Positions 39,471 through 49,940 of a DNA stretch of 64,000 nucleotides are shown here, in pieces. The first letter of the stretch is position 1. Every line of letters starts with the position of its first letter. The notes under the pieces were generated by a model. It searched no databases and was not told the origin of the DNA. It saw only the letters and a program-made list of their open reading frames with translations. This stretch comes from Tagaea sp. GTDB taxonomy: Bacteria; Pseudomonadota; Alphaproteobacteria; CACIAM-22H2. The translations under genes and the position numbers were made by a program. The stretch lies in the NCBI GenBank assembly GCA_965279525.1, contig CBDIIB010000003.1, positions 64,001 to 128,000 on the forward strand. The letters run 5' to 3'.

Positions 39471-39908
39471 CTATGGGATCCGTCGGGTCTTGTCCGGCTT
39501 GAAGACTGGCCAATACGGGAAGAAGCGGCGGACGGAGAATTTCCACGAGCCAGAGATCTTCACGAACTCGTCGATGTAATGCCCGCAGAACGGATCGCCA
39601 CCGAAGGACTGCATGACGCATGTGCCGGATGCCCGATCTCCCGCAACGGACAGGATCTCATTCATGACGACGGGGATTCGCCGCCCCGGCGCCATCTTGC
39701 CGAGATATGCGCGCAGCGCGGTCTTTCCCGTCGCGAGCGCCGGCTGTTCGCCTTCGGCGCGGTGGTTCTCGAAGATGCAATCTTCGGCAAATAGGTCGAC
39801 GACGAGGTCCCGATCGCCACGCGTGGTGTACCAACAGTATGCCGAACGCAGTTCGCTGATCGCGATCCGGGCTTCTATTTCGTCGAGCCGCTTGGTCACA
39901 TCACTCAC
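39471..39908 (-). CDS. SnoaL/NTF2-like protein
   Basis: IEARIAISELRSAYC, LFAED, GHYIDEFVK..GSWKF; GTG after GGAG. Confidence 0.8.
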   Translation of the reverse strand: MSDVTKRLDEIEARIAISELRSAYCWYTTRGDRDLVVDLFAEDCIFENHRAEGEQPALATGKTALRAYLGKMAPGRRIPVVMNEILSVAGDRASGTCVMQSFGGDPFCGHYIDEFVKISGSWKFSVRRFFPYWPVFKPDKTRRIP

Positions 39909-40827
39909 TTTTCTTCTCCGGGGCGGGGGAGGTTTCGTTCTTCGGTACGAGCGTCTCGCGAAGGAACTTCCGCAGCCATTGGTTGGCCGGATCGTTGTGG
40001 ACGCGCCGGTGCCAGAAAACACGGATCTGCGCTTTCGGAATGCTCAAGGGGTGCGCCATCACTTGGACATCGGTCCGGGAACGAACCGAGCGGAGCGGCA
40101 CCGTCGCGACCAGGCGGGTGGCGCGCACGACCTCGATGGCGATGTGATACTGCGTCACGATCAGCGCGATGTCCCGGGTCAGCCGCTTTTTCGACAGGGT
40201 CCGCTCGACGAGCGCTTCTGCGTTTCCCGATGCGATCGCGACGTGTTTCGCGCTCGCGAACTGTTGCGCGCTGATCGACCCCCGCAAGACGGGATGCTTC
40301 GCGGAGGCAACGCAACAGTACGAATCGTCGAACAGTGGTTCCTGATAGATCCCGGCCCGCAGCGAGGACAGGTGGCTGATCGCGATGTCAGCCGAACCGT
40401 TCTGGAGCGATTCCACGACCTGTTCACGCGGGATCTGGACCGCTTCTATCGTGATGCCCGGCGCGCTCAACGAAAGAGCACGCATCAGGGTCGGCAGGAC
40501 GACGATCTGGCCGGCGTCGGACATCAGCACCCGGAAACGGCGGATGACCCGCTGCGGATTGAATTCGCCCGGGCCACCGAACGCTCGCTCGAAATGGGCG
40601 AGGGCTTCGTGCACCGCCGCGGCCATTTCGAGCGCCAGCGCCGTCGGCTCCATTCCCGAGGGGGTTCGCACGAACAGCGGGTCGTCGCAGACGCGACGCA
40701 GCCGCGAGAGCGCGTTACTCATCGCCGGCTGCGTCAGGCCGATCTTCGAGGCTGCTCGGGACACGTTGCGCTCGGCGTCAACTGCCGCGAATACACGCAG
40801 GAGATTGAGATCCACGCCATTCGCCAT
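39901..40827 (-). CDS. LysR-family regulator (NahR/NodD-like)
   Basis: DLNLLRVF..V..ERNVSRAA..IGLTQPAMSNALSRLR...DDPLFVR; HNDPANQWLR. Confidence 0.92.
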   Translation of the reverse strand: MANGVDLNLLRVFAAVDAERNVSRAASKIGLTQPAMSNALSRLRRVCDDPLFVRTPSGMEPTALALEMAAAVHEALAHFERAFGGPGEFNPQRVIRRFRVLMSDAGQIVVLPTLMRALSLSAPGITIEAVQIPREQVVESLQNGSADIAISHLSSLRAGIYQEPLFDDSYCCVASAKHPVLRGSISAQQFASAKHVAIASGNAEALVERTLSKKRLTRDIALIVTQYHIAIEVVRATRLVATVPLRSVRSRTDVQVMAHPLSIPKAQIRVFWHRRVHNDPANQWLRKFLRETLVPKNETSPAPEKKSE

Positions 40828-40916
40828 ATCAATATCCCGAGTTTCCAAATTCAATTCGACATTAATACGACCGGTGACTTAGTTAGTCAATGCGGCAGGA
40901 GAAAATGGGGGGAGAA

Positions 40917-42602
40917 ATGACACAGGCCAACAGCCGGCAGCACGATGTGGCGAAGTCGATCCATGTCCCTGTCCTGATCGTCGGCGCCGGTCCGGTCGGT
41001 CTCGGCATGGCCATCGAGCTCGGCTCCCGGAACATCAAGACCCTTGTGGTCGACGAGGGGGACGGGCGCGTCGCGCATCCCCGGACCGGCCTGATCATCG
41101 TCCGGACGATGGAACTCGCACGCAAATGGGGGATCGCGGACAGGATCCGCAATGCCGGCTTCCCGGCGGACTACGAGCTCTCGATGGTGTTCTGCACGTC
41201 GCTCAACGGCCATCTCATTGCCAAAGAGCCGTACCCGAGCATGCGGGAATCGCCGACCCCGCCGGAAACGCCAGAGAAAAAGCAGCGCTGTCCGCAATCG
41301 TGGATGCAGCCGATCCTCGCGGACGCGGCACGCGGGTATGCCTGCAATGACTTCCGCTACGGCCATCGCTTCAATCGCTTTGTCCAACACGACAACTCGG
41401 TTGTCGGATACGTGACGGACCTTGCGACGGGCGAAGAACTCGAGATCCACGCCGACTATCTCCTTGCCTGCGACGGTGCGGGAAGCGGCATCCGGACCGC
41501 TCTGGGCATCGAGATGCAGGGCCGCCTTCTCAGCTATTCGATCAACATCCTGATCACCGCTCCCGGCCTCGCGAAGAAGCACCGGATGGGCGAAGCGGAA
41601 CGCTACATCTTCACGGATGCGGAGGGAACTTGGGGCAACATGACCGTCGTCGATGGCGATGCGGTCTGGCGTATCACCGTCCTTGGGTCCCAAGAGAAAA
41701 TGGACCTGGATACGTTCGACGCGGACTACTGGGTACGTCGCGCACTCGGGGCGAGCGATATCCCTTACAAGGTGGACTCGGTAATTCCGTGGCGCCGGAG
41801 CGAGTTGCTCGCGGAGCGTTTCCTCGACCGCCGCGTGATCCTTGTCGGCGACGCCGCCCATACGACATCACCGACCGGCGGAATGGGTATGAACACCGGG
41901 ATGCAGGAGGTTTTCGATCTCGGATGGAAGCTCGATGCCGTGCTGAAGGGATGGGCGGGCCCCGAACTGCTCGCCAGCTACGAAGCCGAGCGGCGTCCGA
42001 TCGCCGCACGCAATCTCCGCTTCTCGACCTCCAACTACAACGCGTGGCGCGACGTTCCGGATACCCGCGCGATCGCTGATGACACCGACGAAGGCCGCAG
42101 CCTCCGTGAAAGCGTCGGCGGGCGACTACGGGAGTCGACCCGTGTGGAGTGGGAGTCGCTCGGCCTGCAGATCGGGCATCGTTACGACGGCTCTCCGATC
42201 TGCATTCCCGACGGGACCCCGCCGGTTCCGGACGACTTCCGTATCTACGTGCCGACGGCGCGCTCCGGCTCTCGGGCACCCCACGCCTGGCTTGCCGACG
42301 GAAGGTCGATCCTCGATCTCTTCGGGACCAAGTTCGTCCTCCTCACCTTCTCGGAAAAGCCTGAGACGGAGAAGCTTGCCGGCGCCTTCGCCCGCCGCGG
42401 TATTCCGTTCGCCGTCGAGCGGATCAAGGACGACAGCATCGCTGCCCTTTACGAGATGCCGCTCGTCCTCGTTCGGCCCGACGGCCACGTCGCCTGGCGC
42501 GGCACGACGGTCGACGATCCCGAACTCATCGCGGACGTGGTGCGGGGTGCGGGTGCAGCGTGCCGGGCCTCCGGTGAAGCGCCTCATAAGGTCGCGTCGT
42601 AA
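40917..42602 (+). CDS. Group A flavin-dependent monooxygenase (aromatic hydroxylase-like)
   Basis: VGAGPVG, ACDGAGS, GDAAH..SPTGGMGMNTG, YEAERRP, GSRAPH, LVRPDGHVAWR. Confidence 0.9.
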   Translation: MTQANSRQHDVAKSIHVPVLIVGAGPVGLGMAIELGSRNIKTLVVDEGDGRVAHPRTGLIIVRTMELARKWGIADRIRNAGFPADYELSMVFCTSLNGHLIAKEPYPSMRESPTPPETPEKKQRCPQSWMQPILADAARGYACNDFRYGHRFNRFVQHDNSVVGYVTDLATGEELEIHADYLLACDGAGSGIRTALGIEMQGRLLSYSINILITAPGLAKKHRMGEAERYIFTDAEGTWGNMTVVDGDAVWRITVLGSQEKMDLDTFDADYWVRRALGASDIPYKVDSVIPWRRSELLAERFLDRRVILVGDAAHTTSPTGGMGMNTGMQEVFDLGWKLDAVLKGWAGPELLASYEAERRPIAARNLRFSTSNYNAWRDVPDTRAIADDTDEGRSLRESVGGRLRESTRVEWESLGLQIGHRYDGSPICIPDGTPPVPDDFRIYVPTARSGSRAPHAWLADGRSILDLFGTKFVLLTFSEKPETEKLAGAFARRGIPFAVERIKDDSIAALYEMPLVLVRPDGHVAWRGTTVDDPELIADVVRGAGAACRASGEAPHKVAS

Positions 42603-43582
42603 TGTCCGGCACACGGCCCGTCGTCGGTTTCATCGGGATCGGCGTGATGGGCGCGTCCATGACGATGAACCTGCTTCGCGCCGGGTACAGGATCGTCATA
42701 AGCGACCTTCGCGTTGACGCCGCTTCCGAGCAGCTCGCCGCAGGGGCGCAATGGGCGAACACTGCGGCGGAAACTGCGGCGCGGAGCGACGTAGTGTTCA
42801 CTTGCCTGCCGAGCCTCGAGGCGATCGAGGCGGCGACGGTCGGTCCCAACGGCATACTCGAAGGCATGCGCGAGGGTGGCGCGTGCTTCGAAACCTCTAC
42901 GAACTCGATTGGCTTGCTCAAAAAGCTGAACGAGGCGTTCGTGAAGAAGGGCTGCCACTTGCTCGATGCCCCAATCAGCGGTGGCGCGCTTGGCGCAAAG
43001 CGCGGACGAATGGCATTCTGGGTCGGTGGCGACCGGGCGGTTTTCGATCGGTTTCGGCCCGTCCTCAAAGCGATGGGCGATAAGCCGACTTATGTCGGTG
43101 CCATCGGCGCCGGTCTCGTGACGAAACTCGTCCACAACAGCGCCAGCCAAGCCATGCAGGCGGCTCTCGCTGAGGTTTTCGTGCTCGGAGTCAAGGCGGG
43201 TGCCGAACCGCTTGGGCTGTGGAAGGCGATCCGGCAGGGATCGATCGGGCGGCGCAGGACGTTCGACGGCCTCGCCGACGAGTTTCTCCCGGCAAATTTC
43301 GATCCGCCGCATGCCTCGCTGGAGATCGTCGAGAAGGACCTGAAACTCGCGACGGAACTTGGCCGCGAACTTCGTGTACCGATGCGGATCGCCAATCTGG
43401 CGCTTGCCGACATCCTTGAGGCGATGAATCGTGGTTGGGGCGGCAGGGATGCCCGTTCGGTGATGCTCCTTCCGCAGGAGCGGGCCGGGGTCTCGATCAA
43501 GGTCGATCCGGCGCTCGTCCGGGAGGTGTTCGTCGAAGACCCGCCGGCACCGAGCGACGCGAAGCACGGCGACGGCGTCTGA
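42602..43582 (+). CDS. Beta-hydroxyacid dehydrogenase (3-hydroxyisobutyrate dehydrogenase family)
   Basis: GFIGIGVMG, DAPISGG, KLVHN, KDLKLA. Confidence 0.88.
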   Translation: MSGTRPVVGFIGIGVMGASMTMNLLRAGYRIVISDLRVDAASEQLAAGAQWANTAAETAARSDVVFTCLPSLEAIEAATVGPNGILEGMREGGACFETSTNSIGLLKKLNEAFVKKGCHLLDAPISGGALGAKRGRMAFWVGGDRAVFDRFRPVLKAMGDKPTYVGAIGAGLVTKLVHNSASQAMQAALAEVFVLGVKAGAEPLGLWKAIRQGSIGRRRTFDGLADEFLPANFDPPHASLEIVEKDLKLATELGRELRVPMRIANLALADILEAMNRGWGGRDARSVMLLPQERAGVSIKVDPALVREVFVEDPPAPSDAKHGDGV

Positions 43583-43641
43583 ACCTGAAATCCAAGCCTA
43601 TCTCCGGAGATCCGGAGACGGACCGGACAAGGAACGTAAAT

Positions 43642-45345
43642 ATGATCGGATCAAGCGGCAACTGGGACCATGAGACCGATCTATTGGTCTTCGGAAGCGG
43701 TGTGGCCGGACTGTCGGCCGGGATCTTCGCCCGCAAGAAGGGGCTCCGTGTCCTGATTTGCGAGAAAATGCCGGTCATTGGCGGGACGACGGCGACGTCG
43801 GGTGGGTTTGCGTGGGTGCCGAATACCTATCAGGCAAAGGCGGCGGGTGCGGAGGATTCGGTCGAGAAGGCGCGAACCTACCTGCGCAACGAGCTTGGGA
43901 ACTACTACCGGGCCGATCTTGTCGAAGCGTTCCTCGAGGCTGGCCCGAAGGCGATCGCGGAGCTGCAGCAGGACACCGAGGTCGTCTACGACTACGTGAA
44001 GTGGCCCGACTACCACGCAGAGACCGAGGGCGGCGTTCTCGAGGGACGAACACTCGAACCGCGCCGATTCGACGGTCGGAAACTCGGACGGGATTTCGAG
44101 CTTCTCCGCCCGCCAATCCACCGCCTTATGCTTCTGGGCGGGATGTCGATCGACAAGCGCAAGGTCGACGACTTCCTCAACCCATTCCGGTCGATTGGCG
44201 GTTTCGTCTCCGTGATGTCGACGGTTGCGCGCTATGCGATGGATCGGCTCCGCTACTCGCGCGGAACTGATATCGGCGCCGGCAATGCCCTTGTCGCAAG
44301 GATGCTATTGACGTTGCGCAAGATGGACGCGGAGATTTGGATCCGCTCGTCCATCGTCGAGTTGGTCGTGGAAGATTCGAAGGTGATCGGCGCGGTCGTA
44401 GATCATGACGGCGGAAAACATCGCATTCGCGCTCACCGTGGCGTTTTTCTGGGGACCGGCGGGTTCCCCCACAACGCCGAAATGCGGCGCGAGCTCGGCC
44501 CTAACCATCCGCATGACCACTCGGTCGGCTGGATCGGGAATATCGGCCAAGGCATCAATGCGGCACGGAAAGCCGGCGCCGTGATCGACGACAATGTCGT
44601 CGGTTCCGGCCTTTGGCAGCCGTCATCTGTCCTGAAGCATCCGGATGGTCGCGAGGAGACGATCCTCTACGGCTATCTCGACCGGGGGAAGCCCGGCCTG
44701 ATTGCCATCGATGCAAGCGGGAAGCGGTTCGTCAACGAGTCGTCGACTTACCACGACATCGGTGCCGCGATGTTCAAGAACGGCGTCGCAGATGGAAACC
44801 GGTTCTATTTCATCTGTGACCGGAAGTTCGTCTGGCGCTGGGGGCTAGGCATGATTCGGCCGTATCGCCCGTCGCTTCGCCCCTACGAAAAGAGCGGCTA
44901 CATCGCCGTCGGTTCGAGCATCGAAGAGCTTGCTGGAAAGATTGGCGTCGACCCGAAGGGGTTGGCGGACTCGGTTCGGAAAAACAACGAATATGCGCGC
45001 ACGGGCGTCGACCCGGACTTTAAGCGCGGGACCACCCCCTTCGGGTTCAAAATGCTCGGCGATCCATCGGTCAAGCCGAACCCAAATCTCGGCCCGATCG
45101 GCAATCCGCCCTATGTGGCGCTCCGGATCTATCCGTCGACGCTGGGCACGGCGATCGGCTTGAAGGCGACGGCGGATAGCCAGGTCGTCGGCTCCGATGG
45201 CCGCCCGATCGAGGGTCTCTACGCTTCGGGGCAGGACATCTCGCCGGTGATGCGCGGCTTCTACCCCGGGGGCGGAATCAATATCGGTGCTGCGATCGTC
45301 TTCGCCTATACCGCCGTGCGGCATATGGCCGGCAAACGTGCGTGA
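43642..45345 (+). CDS. FAD_binding_2 oxidoreductase (3-ketosteroid dehydrogenase-like)
   Basis: GSGVAG, GGTTATSGG..W.P, GKRFVNES, IEGLYASG, YPGGGINIG. Confidence 0.85.
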   Translation: MIGSSGNWDHETDLLVFGSGVAGLSAGIFARKKGLRVLICEKMPVIGGTTATSGGFAWVPNTYQAKAAGAEDSVEKARTYLRNELGNYYRADLVEAFLEAGPKAIAELQQDTEVVYDYVKWPDYHAETEGGVLEGRTLEPRRFDGRKLGRDFELLRPPIHRLMLLGGMSIDKRKVDDFLNPFRSIGGFVSVMSTVARYAMDRLRYSRGTDIGAGNALVARMLLTLRKMDAEIWIRSSIVELVVEDSKVIGAVVDHDGGKHRIRAHRGVFLGTGGFPHNAEMRRELGPNHPHDHSVGWIGNIGQGINAARKAGAVIDDNVVGSGLWQPSSVLKHPDGREETILYGYLDRGKPGLIAIDASGKRFVNESSTYHDIGAAMFKNGVADGNRFYFICDRKFVWRWGLGMIRPYRPSLRPYEKSGYIAVGSSIEELAGKIGVDPKGLADSVRKNNEYARTGVDPDFKRGTTPFGFKMLGDPSVKPNPNLGPIGNPPYVALRIYPSTLGTAIGLKATADSQVVGSDGRPIEGLYASGQDISPVMRGFYPGGGINIGAAIVFAYTAVRHMAGKRA

Positions 45346-45366
45346 CGAGTCGCCTTGGCGTCGAGG

Positions 45367-46284
45367 TCAGTTTCCCGACGGCCTCTTGCGCACTTCTTCG
45401 ATCATCTGCTGGATACGTTCCCGATAAGGCATGAACGCGAAGCCGAACTCCCTGACGAAGCGACCGTTGTCGAACAGGTAAGCTGTCGACTGCGCCTCTC
45501 CGCCGGTCTCGTTCCGGAAGGCGATCTCGGCATCGGGGATTTCGCCCCGGACCATTCCGGCAATGTCGCCGAGGCTGAGCGTTTCGCCACCGGAATTGTA
45601 GATCGCATGCGTTGGTGCGCGCGCGAGTGCTATCAGCACAAAGACCTCGGCGGCGTCGTCGGCGTGGATGACGCAACGCATCTGGTCGCGGAACTCGAAC
45701 TCCGCCTTCTGTCCCAGTGCCGGCTTCACGATACACTCGACGTGATCGACCGAACCGATGAGCTTGTCGACGCCGGCGACGTGGGCGGCCCGGACGCCTG
45801 CGATGCACATTCCGTGCTTTTCGCGATATTCCTTCGCCTGCCACTCGTTGAAGACCTTGTGGACGGAATATTGGCGGATAGGGAATGGCGCGTCTTCTTC
45901 GGTGATCTTCCGCTTGCCGTAAGGCGCTTGGCGTCCATGAATCGCAATGGAACTCGAATAGACCACGCGTTCGACGCCGCACACGCGTGCCGCTTCAAAG
46001 CAGTTGTCCATACCGAGGACGTTGACCTTCATGGCAGGCCGCGGAAACGTCTCGCGCATGTAGCTGAGATTGATGACCGCTTCAGGCCGGTGGTCGGCGA
46101 ATGCGCTCACGACGTCCTCGAACTGGGCGAGGTCAACGCGGATGGACCGCACCTGGCTTCCGAGATCGTCGAAATGTCGTGCCGGATCGATATCGAGGGA
46201 AACGACCTCGTGCCCTTTGGCAGCAAGCGAGCGGACCACACGCCGACCAATGAAACCGGCACCGCCAATCACACAATAGACCAT
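45367..46284 (-). CDS. NAD-dependent epimerase/dehydratase (extended SDR)
   Basis: GGAGFIG, SSS, YSVHK (YxxxK). Confidence 0.88.
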   Translation of the reverse strand: MVYCVIGGAGFIGRRVVRSLAAKGHEVVSLDIDPARHFDDLGSQVRSIRVDLAQFEDVVSAFADHRPEAVINLSYMRETFPRPAMKVNVLGMDNCFEAARVCGVERVVYSSSIAIHGRQAPYGKRKITEEDAPFPIRQYSVHKVFNEWQAKEYREKHGMCIAGVRAAHVAGVDKLIGSVDHVECIVKPALGQKAEFEFRDQMRCVIHADDAAEVFVLIALARAPTHAIYNSGGETLSLGDIAGMVRGEIPDAEIAFRNETGGEAQSTAYLFDNGRFVREFGFAFMPYRERIQQMIEEVRKRPSGN

Positions 46285-46407
46285 AAAAACTCCTAAACGG
46301 ATCGGACAGGAGATTGCCCGAGGCCTTGCCGTTCGATCAGGGATAAAAACTACAGGCGAGGCTTGCCCGGGCAAGTCGCCTCCGGATGCGACACGGCGGA
46401 CTGGACG

Positions 46408-47145
46408 CTAGTTCATGCGCCCGCGGACGAGGAGATTGAACAACTCGTTCTGCGTGCCGACCCGCAGCTTGGCGAAGGCGCGCCGTCGGTACGTGATCAC
46501 CGAGTGGATCGAGATCCCCATGTTGAGCGAGATCGCTTCGTTGAAATAGCCATCGAGGATCTGGCTGCACACGACGATCTCCTGCCGCGAAAGGGGCTGA
46601 CTGCACGCGACGGTTTCGAGGCGGCTTGCCCAATCGGCGACGGGCGATTCGCGGCAGAGATCGACATGCCGCTCCACGACGGCGGCCACAGCGGCAGCGG
46701 ACTGATTCAAGAAATCCCACTGCCGACCGGAGAACTCGCCGGCATCGTCGCCTCGGAAGAATCCGATTGCGATGGCGTCGGCCGGTCGGCGGATGACAAT
46801 GGCGGTCTTGCTCGCCATGCGCTGCGACACATAGAGGTTCTGGCGGAACGACGTGTCGGAGATCGTCCGGGCCTCGACATGATGGACGCGGAACTGCCGT
46901 TCGGGTTGTACCTGAAAGTGACGACGGATTGGATCCCTCGCATGGAGGCTTGTCGAATAGTCACGAATGGCACGGTGCATCGCTTCTTCGCCATCCCGGC
47001 TCGCTGCGAACAGCAGTTCGATTTTTCCGATCGGGTCGAACCGATATGCCACCATCTGCCGCAGGTTCAGTGCTCGGCTAACGTCGTCAAAAAGCCGTGC
47101 TGAGAATCGCGGTTTGCCGATTTCCAGAATGACGTCCTCGATCAC
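46408..47145 (-). CDS. LuxR-type HTH regulator with N-terminal sensor domain
   Basis: LSRQE..V...ILDG..NEAIS..MGIS.HSV.TYRRRAFAKL; GTG after GGGGAGG. Confidence 0.82.
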   Translation of the reverse strand: MIEDVILEIGKPRFSARLFDDVSRALNLRQMVAYRFDPIGKIELLFAASRDGEEAMHRAIRDYSTSLHARDPIRRHFQVQPERQFRVHHVEARTISDTSFRQNLYVSQRMASKTAIVIRRPADAIAIGFFRGDDAGEFSGRQWDFLNQSAAAVAAVVERHVDLCRESPVADWASRLETVACSQPLSRQEIVVCSQILDGYFNEAISLNMGISIHSVITYRRRAFAKLRVGTQNELFNLLVRGRMN

Positions 47146-47369
47146 GGCGACCTCCCCGTTAATTATTGATATAATAAGGTTTTTTCGGGACTTATTCAAC
47201 GCCGATATGGCCCGAAAAGGGCTGCAGACGGCTGATTTTCGTGTCCCCCGCCGAGGCGACTTGGATGCCGCGGAGCTTGGCAATAGGTGTGGTATCGCCG
47301 AAGGCTACAACCCGCAATATGGCCATGCCGACTTCCTCAAAGGCCTGGCATTGGATGATCGCTGCCGAC

Positions 47370-48632
47370 ATGAAGAGCTGGCTTGAAACTGCGAATACCC
47401 CGGACTGCGAGTTTCCGCTCCGGAACCTTCCTTGCGGCGTCTTCAGCCCGGCGGGCGAAGCTCCGCGCTGTGGGGTGGCCATCGGTGACAGCGTCCTCGA
47501 TCTGTCGGTACTCGAGAGCGAAGGATGGTTCGGCCGCGATTGGACGTCAGTGTTCGCGGCATCCGCCCTGAACGGGTTCATGGCGCGGGGCCGCGACAGT
47601 TGGCGTGAAGTCCGTAATCGTCTGACCGACCTACTGGTCGACGGCGGCGATCCGCGCCTGAGCGGTAGCGGTTCCTTGCGTTCCAAGGCCCTTCGACCGC
47701 TGTCCGAAGTCGTGCAGCATCTGCCGATCAAAGTATCCGGTTTCACGGATTTCTACGCCGGCAAGAACCACGCCGTGAATGTGGGCACGCTTTTCCGAGG
47801 ACCCGAAAACGCGCTGCCGCCGAACTGGCTCAGCATCCCGATCGGGTACAACGGACGCGCGTCGACGGTTGTCGTCGATGGCACGCCGATAAAGCGCCCG
47901 TTGGGTCAGATGAAGCCTGCGGACGCCGATCTGCCGGTGTTCGGCCCGTGCCGCCGTCTCGATTTCGAGTTGGAGATGGGCGCGATCATCGGGTTGCCGT
48001 CGGAAATGGGGGCGCCGCTCTCCGTCGCACAGGCCGACGAGATGGTGTTCGGCTATGTGCTCCTGAACGACTGGTCCGCGCGGGATATCCAAGCTTGGGA
48101 GTATCAGCCGCTCGGCCCGTTCCAGTCGAAAGTTTTCGCAACGACGATCAGTCCCTGGATCGTTACGACGGCCGCCCTGGAACCGTTCCGGACCCCGACG
48201 CCGCCGCGCGAGCGTCCCCTGCTGCCGTATCTCAAAGAGCCCGGCCCGATGCTCTTCGACATCAATCTCGAAGTCCAATTGACGCCGGCCGGCGCGCACA
48301 CGCCGACCACGGTAAGTCGGACCAATTACCGGGAGATGTACTATTCGTCCGCGCAGCTGATCGCGCACCATGCGATCGGTGGATGCAAGATGGAGACGGG
48401 CGACCTGATCGGCTCGGGCACGATCTCGGGGCCGACGGATGGAAGCCAGGGTTCCCTGCTGGAGCTGACCCAGGGCGGCAAACGACCGCTACGACTGGAC
48501 GACGGAGCAAGCCGCACGTTCATCGAAGACGGAGATGTCGTGACGCTGCAGGGATATGCACGCGGGCACGACTACCGGATCGGCTTTGGAGCGTGCAGCG
48601 GGCGTGTCTTGCCGTCGCCCACGTTGGTTTGA
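47370..48632 (+). CDS. fahA: Fumarylacetoacetase
   Basis: FPLRNLP, TDFYAGKNHA, PIGYNGRAS, LDFELE, NDWSARDIQAWEYQPLGPF, GSGTISG; alternative start 47355. Confidence 0.95.
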   Translation: MKSWLETANTPDCEFPLRNLPCGVFSPAGEAPRCGVAIGDSVLDLSVLESEGWFGRDWTSVFAASALNGFMARGRDSWREVRNRLTDLLVDGGDPRLSGSGSLRSKALRPLSEVVQHLPIKVSGFTDFYAGKNHAVNVGTLFRGPENALPPNWLSIPIGYNGRASTVVVDGTPIKRPLGQMKPADADLPVFGPCRRLDFELEMGAIIGLPSEMGAPLSVAQADEMVFGYVLLNDWSARDIQAWEYQPLGPFQSKVFATTISPWIVTTAALEPFRTPTPPRERPLLPYLKEPGPMLFDINLEVQLTPAGAHTPTTVSRTNYREMYYSSAQLIAHHAIGGCKMETGDLIGSGTISGPTDGSQGSLLELTQGGKRPLRLDDGASRTFIEDGDVVTLQGYARGHDYRIGFGACSGRVLPSPTLV

Positions 48633-48675
48633 CGGGGCGACGCCGGTCCCTGTGCGAAGCTCTACGTCGAAGCGA

Positions 48676-49212
48676 TCAGACACCAGGCTCTTCGTGCATC
48701 CATTGGGCGTGTTTCGGCGCGCGCCGTGTTTTACTCCACTCCTCGAGCATCTCCCACTTTACCGCATCCAGACGCTTGTACATGTCGGGCGTACCGCAAT
48801 CGACCGCAAGTTCAAGCCGATGGCCATTGGGGTCAAAGAAGTAGATGCTTTTGAAGATCGTGTGGTTCGTCGGACCCACGACCTCGATGCCGTCGGCCTC
48901 GAGCCGTACCTTCGCCGCGAGAAGTGCTTCCATCGTGTCGACCTTCAGCGCGAGATGCTGCACCCAGGACGGCGTGTTGCGGTCACGATCCATAGGCGGT
49001 TGGCCGACAATTTCGAAGAACGCCAGAACATTTCCGTCTCCGGCGTCGAGAAAGACGTGCATGTACGGGTTAGGCGCCTTAGTCGAAGGGACTTCATCCT
49101 CGGCGATCGCAAGGATGAAATCCATGTCGAGATATTTTCGGTACCAGTTCACCGTCTCCTTCGCATCCCTGCAGCGATAGGCGACATGATGGACTTTCTT
49201 GACGAGCGACAT
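48676..49212 (-). CDS. VOC/glyoxalase-family protein
   Basis: HHVAYRC, YMHVFLD, LAFFE, QHLAL, SIYFFDPNGHRLEL. Confidence 0.88.
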   Translation of the reverse strand: MSLVKKVHHVAYRCRDAKETVNWYRKYLDMDFILAIAEDEVPSTKAPNPYMHVFLDAGDGNVLAFFEIVGQPPMDRDRNTPSWVQHLALKVDTMEALLAAKVRLEADGIEVVGPTNHTIFKSIYFFDPNGHRLELAVDCGTPDMYKRLDAVKWEMLEEWSKTRRAPKHAQWMHEEPGV

Positions 49213-49533
49213 GGCGCATCTCCGATCTGGCAGCGGGAATCCGCTCGTGCTGATTGGACGTCCGTTCCTATAACGACGATATGGAGGCTTAAGTAGTCTC
49301 AGCACTTCAAGAGTTTCAAAGAGGATAGCCTAAGCAGGCGATCGTCGGGAACCAAGTCACCTGCCGAGGGGACATGTCATCGAAGGATCGAAATGCCAAA
49401 CTCGCTATCCTTTCGAAATGTTCGCTCCCAGAACGGTCGGGAGGCTTGAATCATATCGACCTGAGCACCGCTTCTGTCAGGACGACTGGGATGTGCGCCG
49501 TCCTGAAGTCGTCCAAGTTTCATTGAGGCGAGG

Positions 49534-49899
49534 ATGACAAATTTGACCAAGAGCTCTGAGCAAACGGTGTCGTCGATATCCGATCTACCGCACACGCGCG
49601 CGCAGCAACTATACGGTGACATCGCGCCAAAAATGGTCGAGTTGACCGACGGCATACTGTTCGGCGACATCTGGGAGCGGCCCCAGCTCTCCAAGCGGGA
49701 TCGCAGCCTGGTGACAGTCGGCGCGCTTATTGCGGCATATCGCCCGGAGCAGCTCCGGTCCCATCTCGCTATCGCACACAAGAATGGGCTCACGGAAGAA
49801 GAACTTGTCGAGGCGATCACGCATCTTGCGTTTTACGCCGGCTGGCCGTGTGCGGTAACGGCACTCTCGGTTGCCAAAGAAGTCTTCTCGAAGAAGTGA
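49534..49899 (+). CDS. Carboxymuconolactone decarboxylase-family protein
   Basis: LFGDIWERPQLSKRDRSLVT, HLAFYAGWP. Confidence 0.9.
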   Translation: MTNLTKSSEQTVSSISDLPHTRAQQLYGDIAPKMVELTDGILFGDIWERPQLSKRDRSLVTVGALIAAYRPEQLRSHLAIAHKNGLTEEELVEAITHLAFYAGWPCAVTALSVAKEVFSKK

Positions 49900-49940
49900 C
49901 GTGTAGCCTGATGAGGTACGTTGACCGTCGTATCAGGCAA

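Noticed and set aside
49412-49430. TTCGAA..TCGCTCC resemblance to the tRNA-Pro 3' end
   Set aside because: Gapped, short and lacks CCA; not a credible attR
49909-49916. CTGATGAG hammerhead-ribozyme-like core
   Set aside because: No properly placed GAAA or stems; it is part of a simple hairpin
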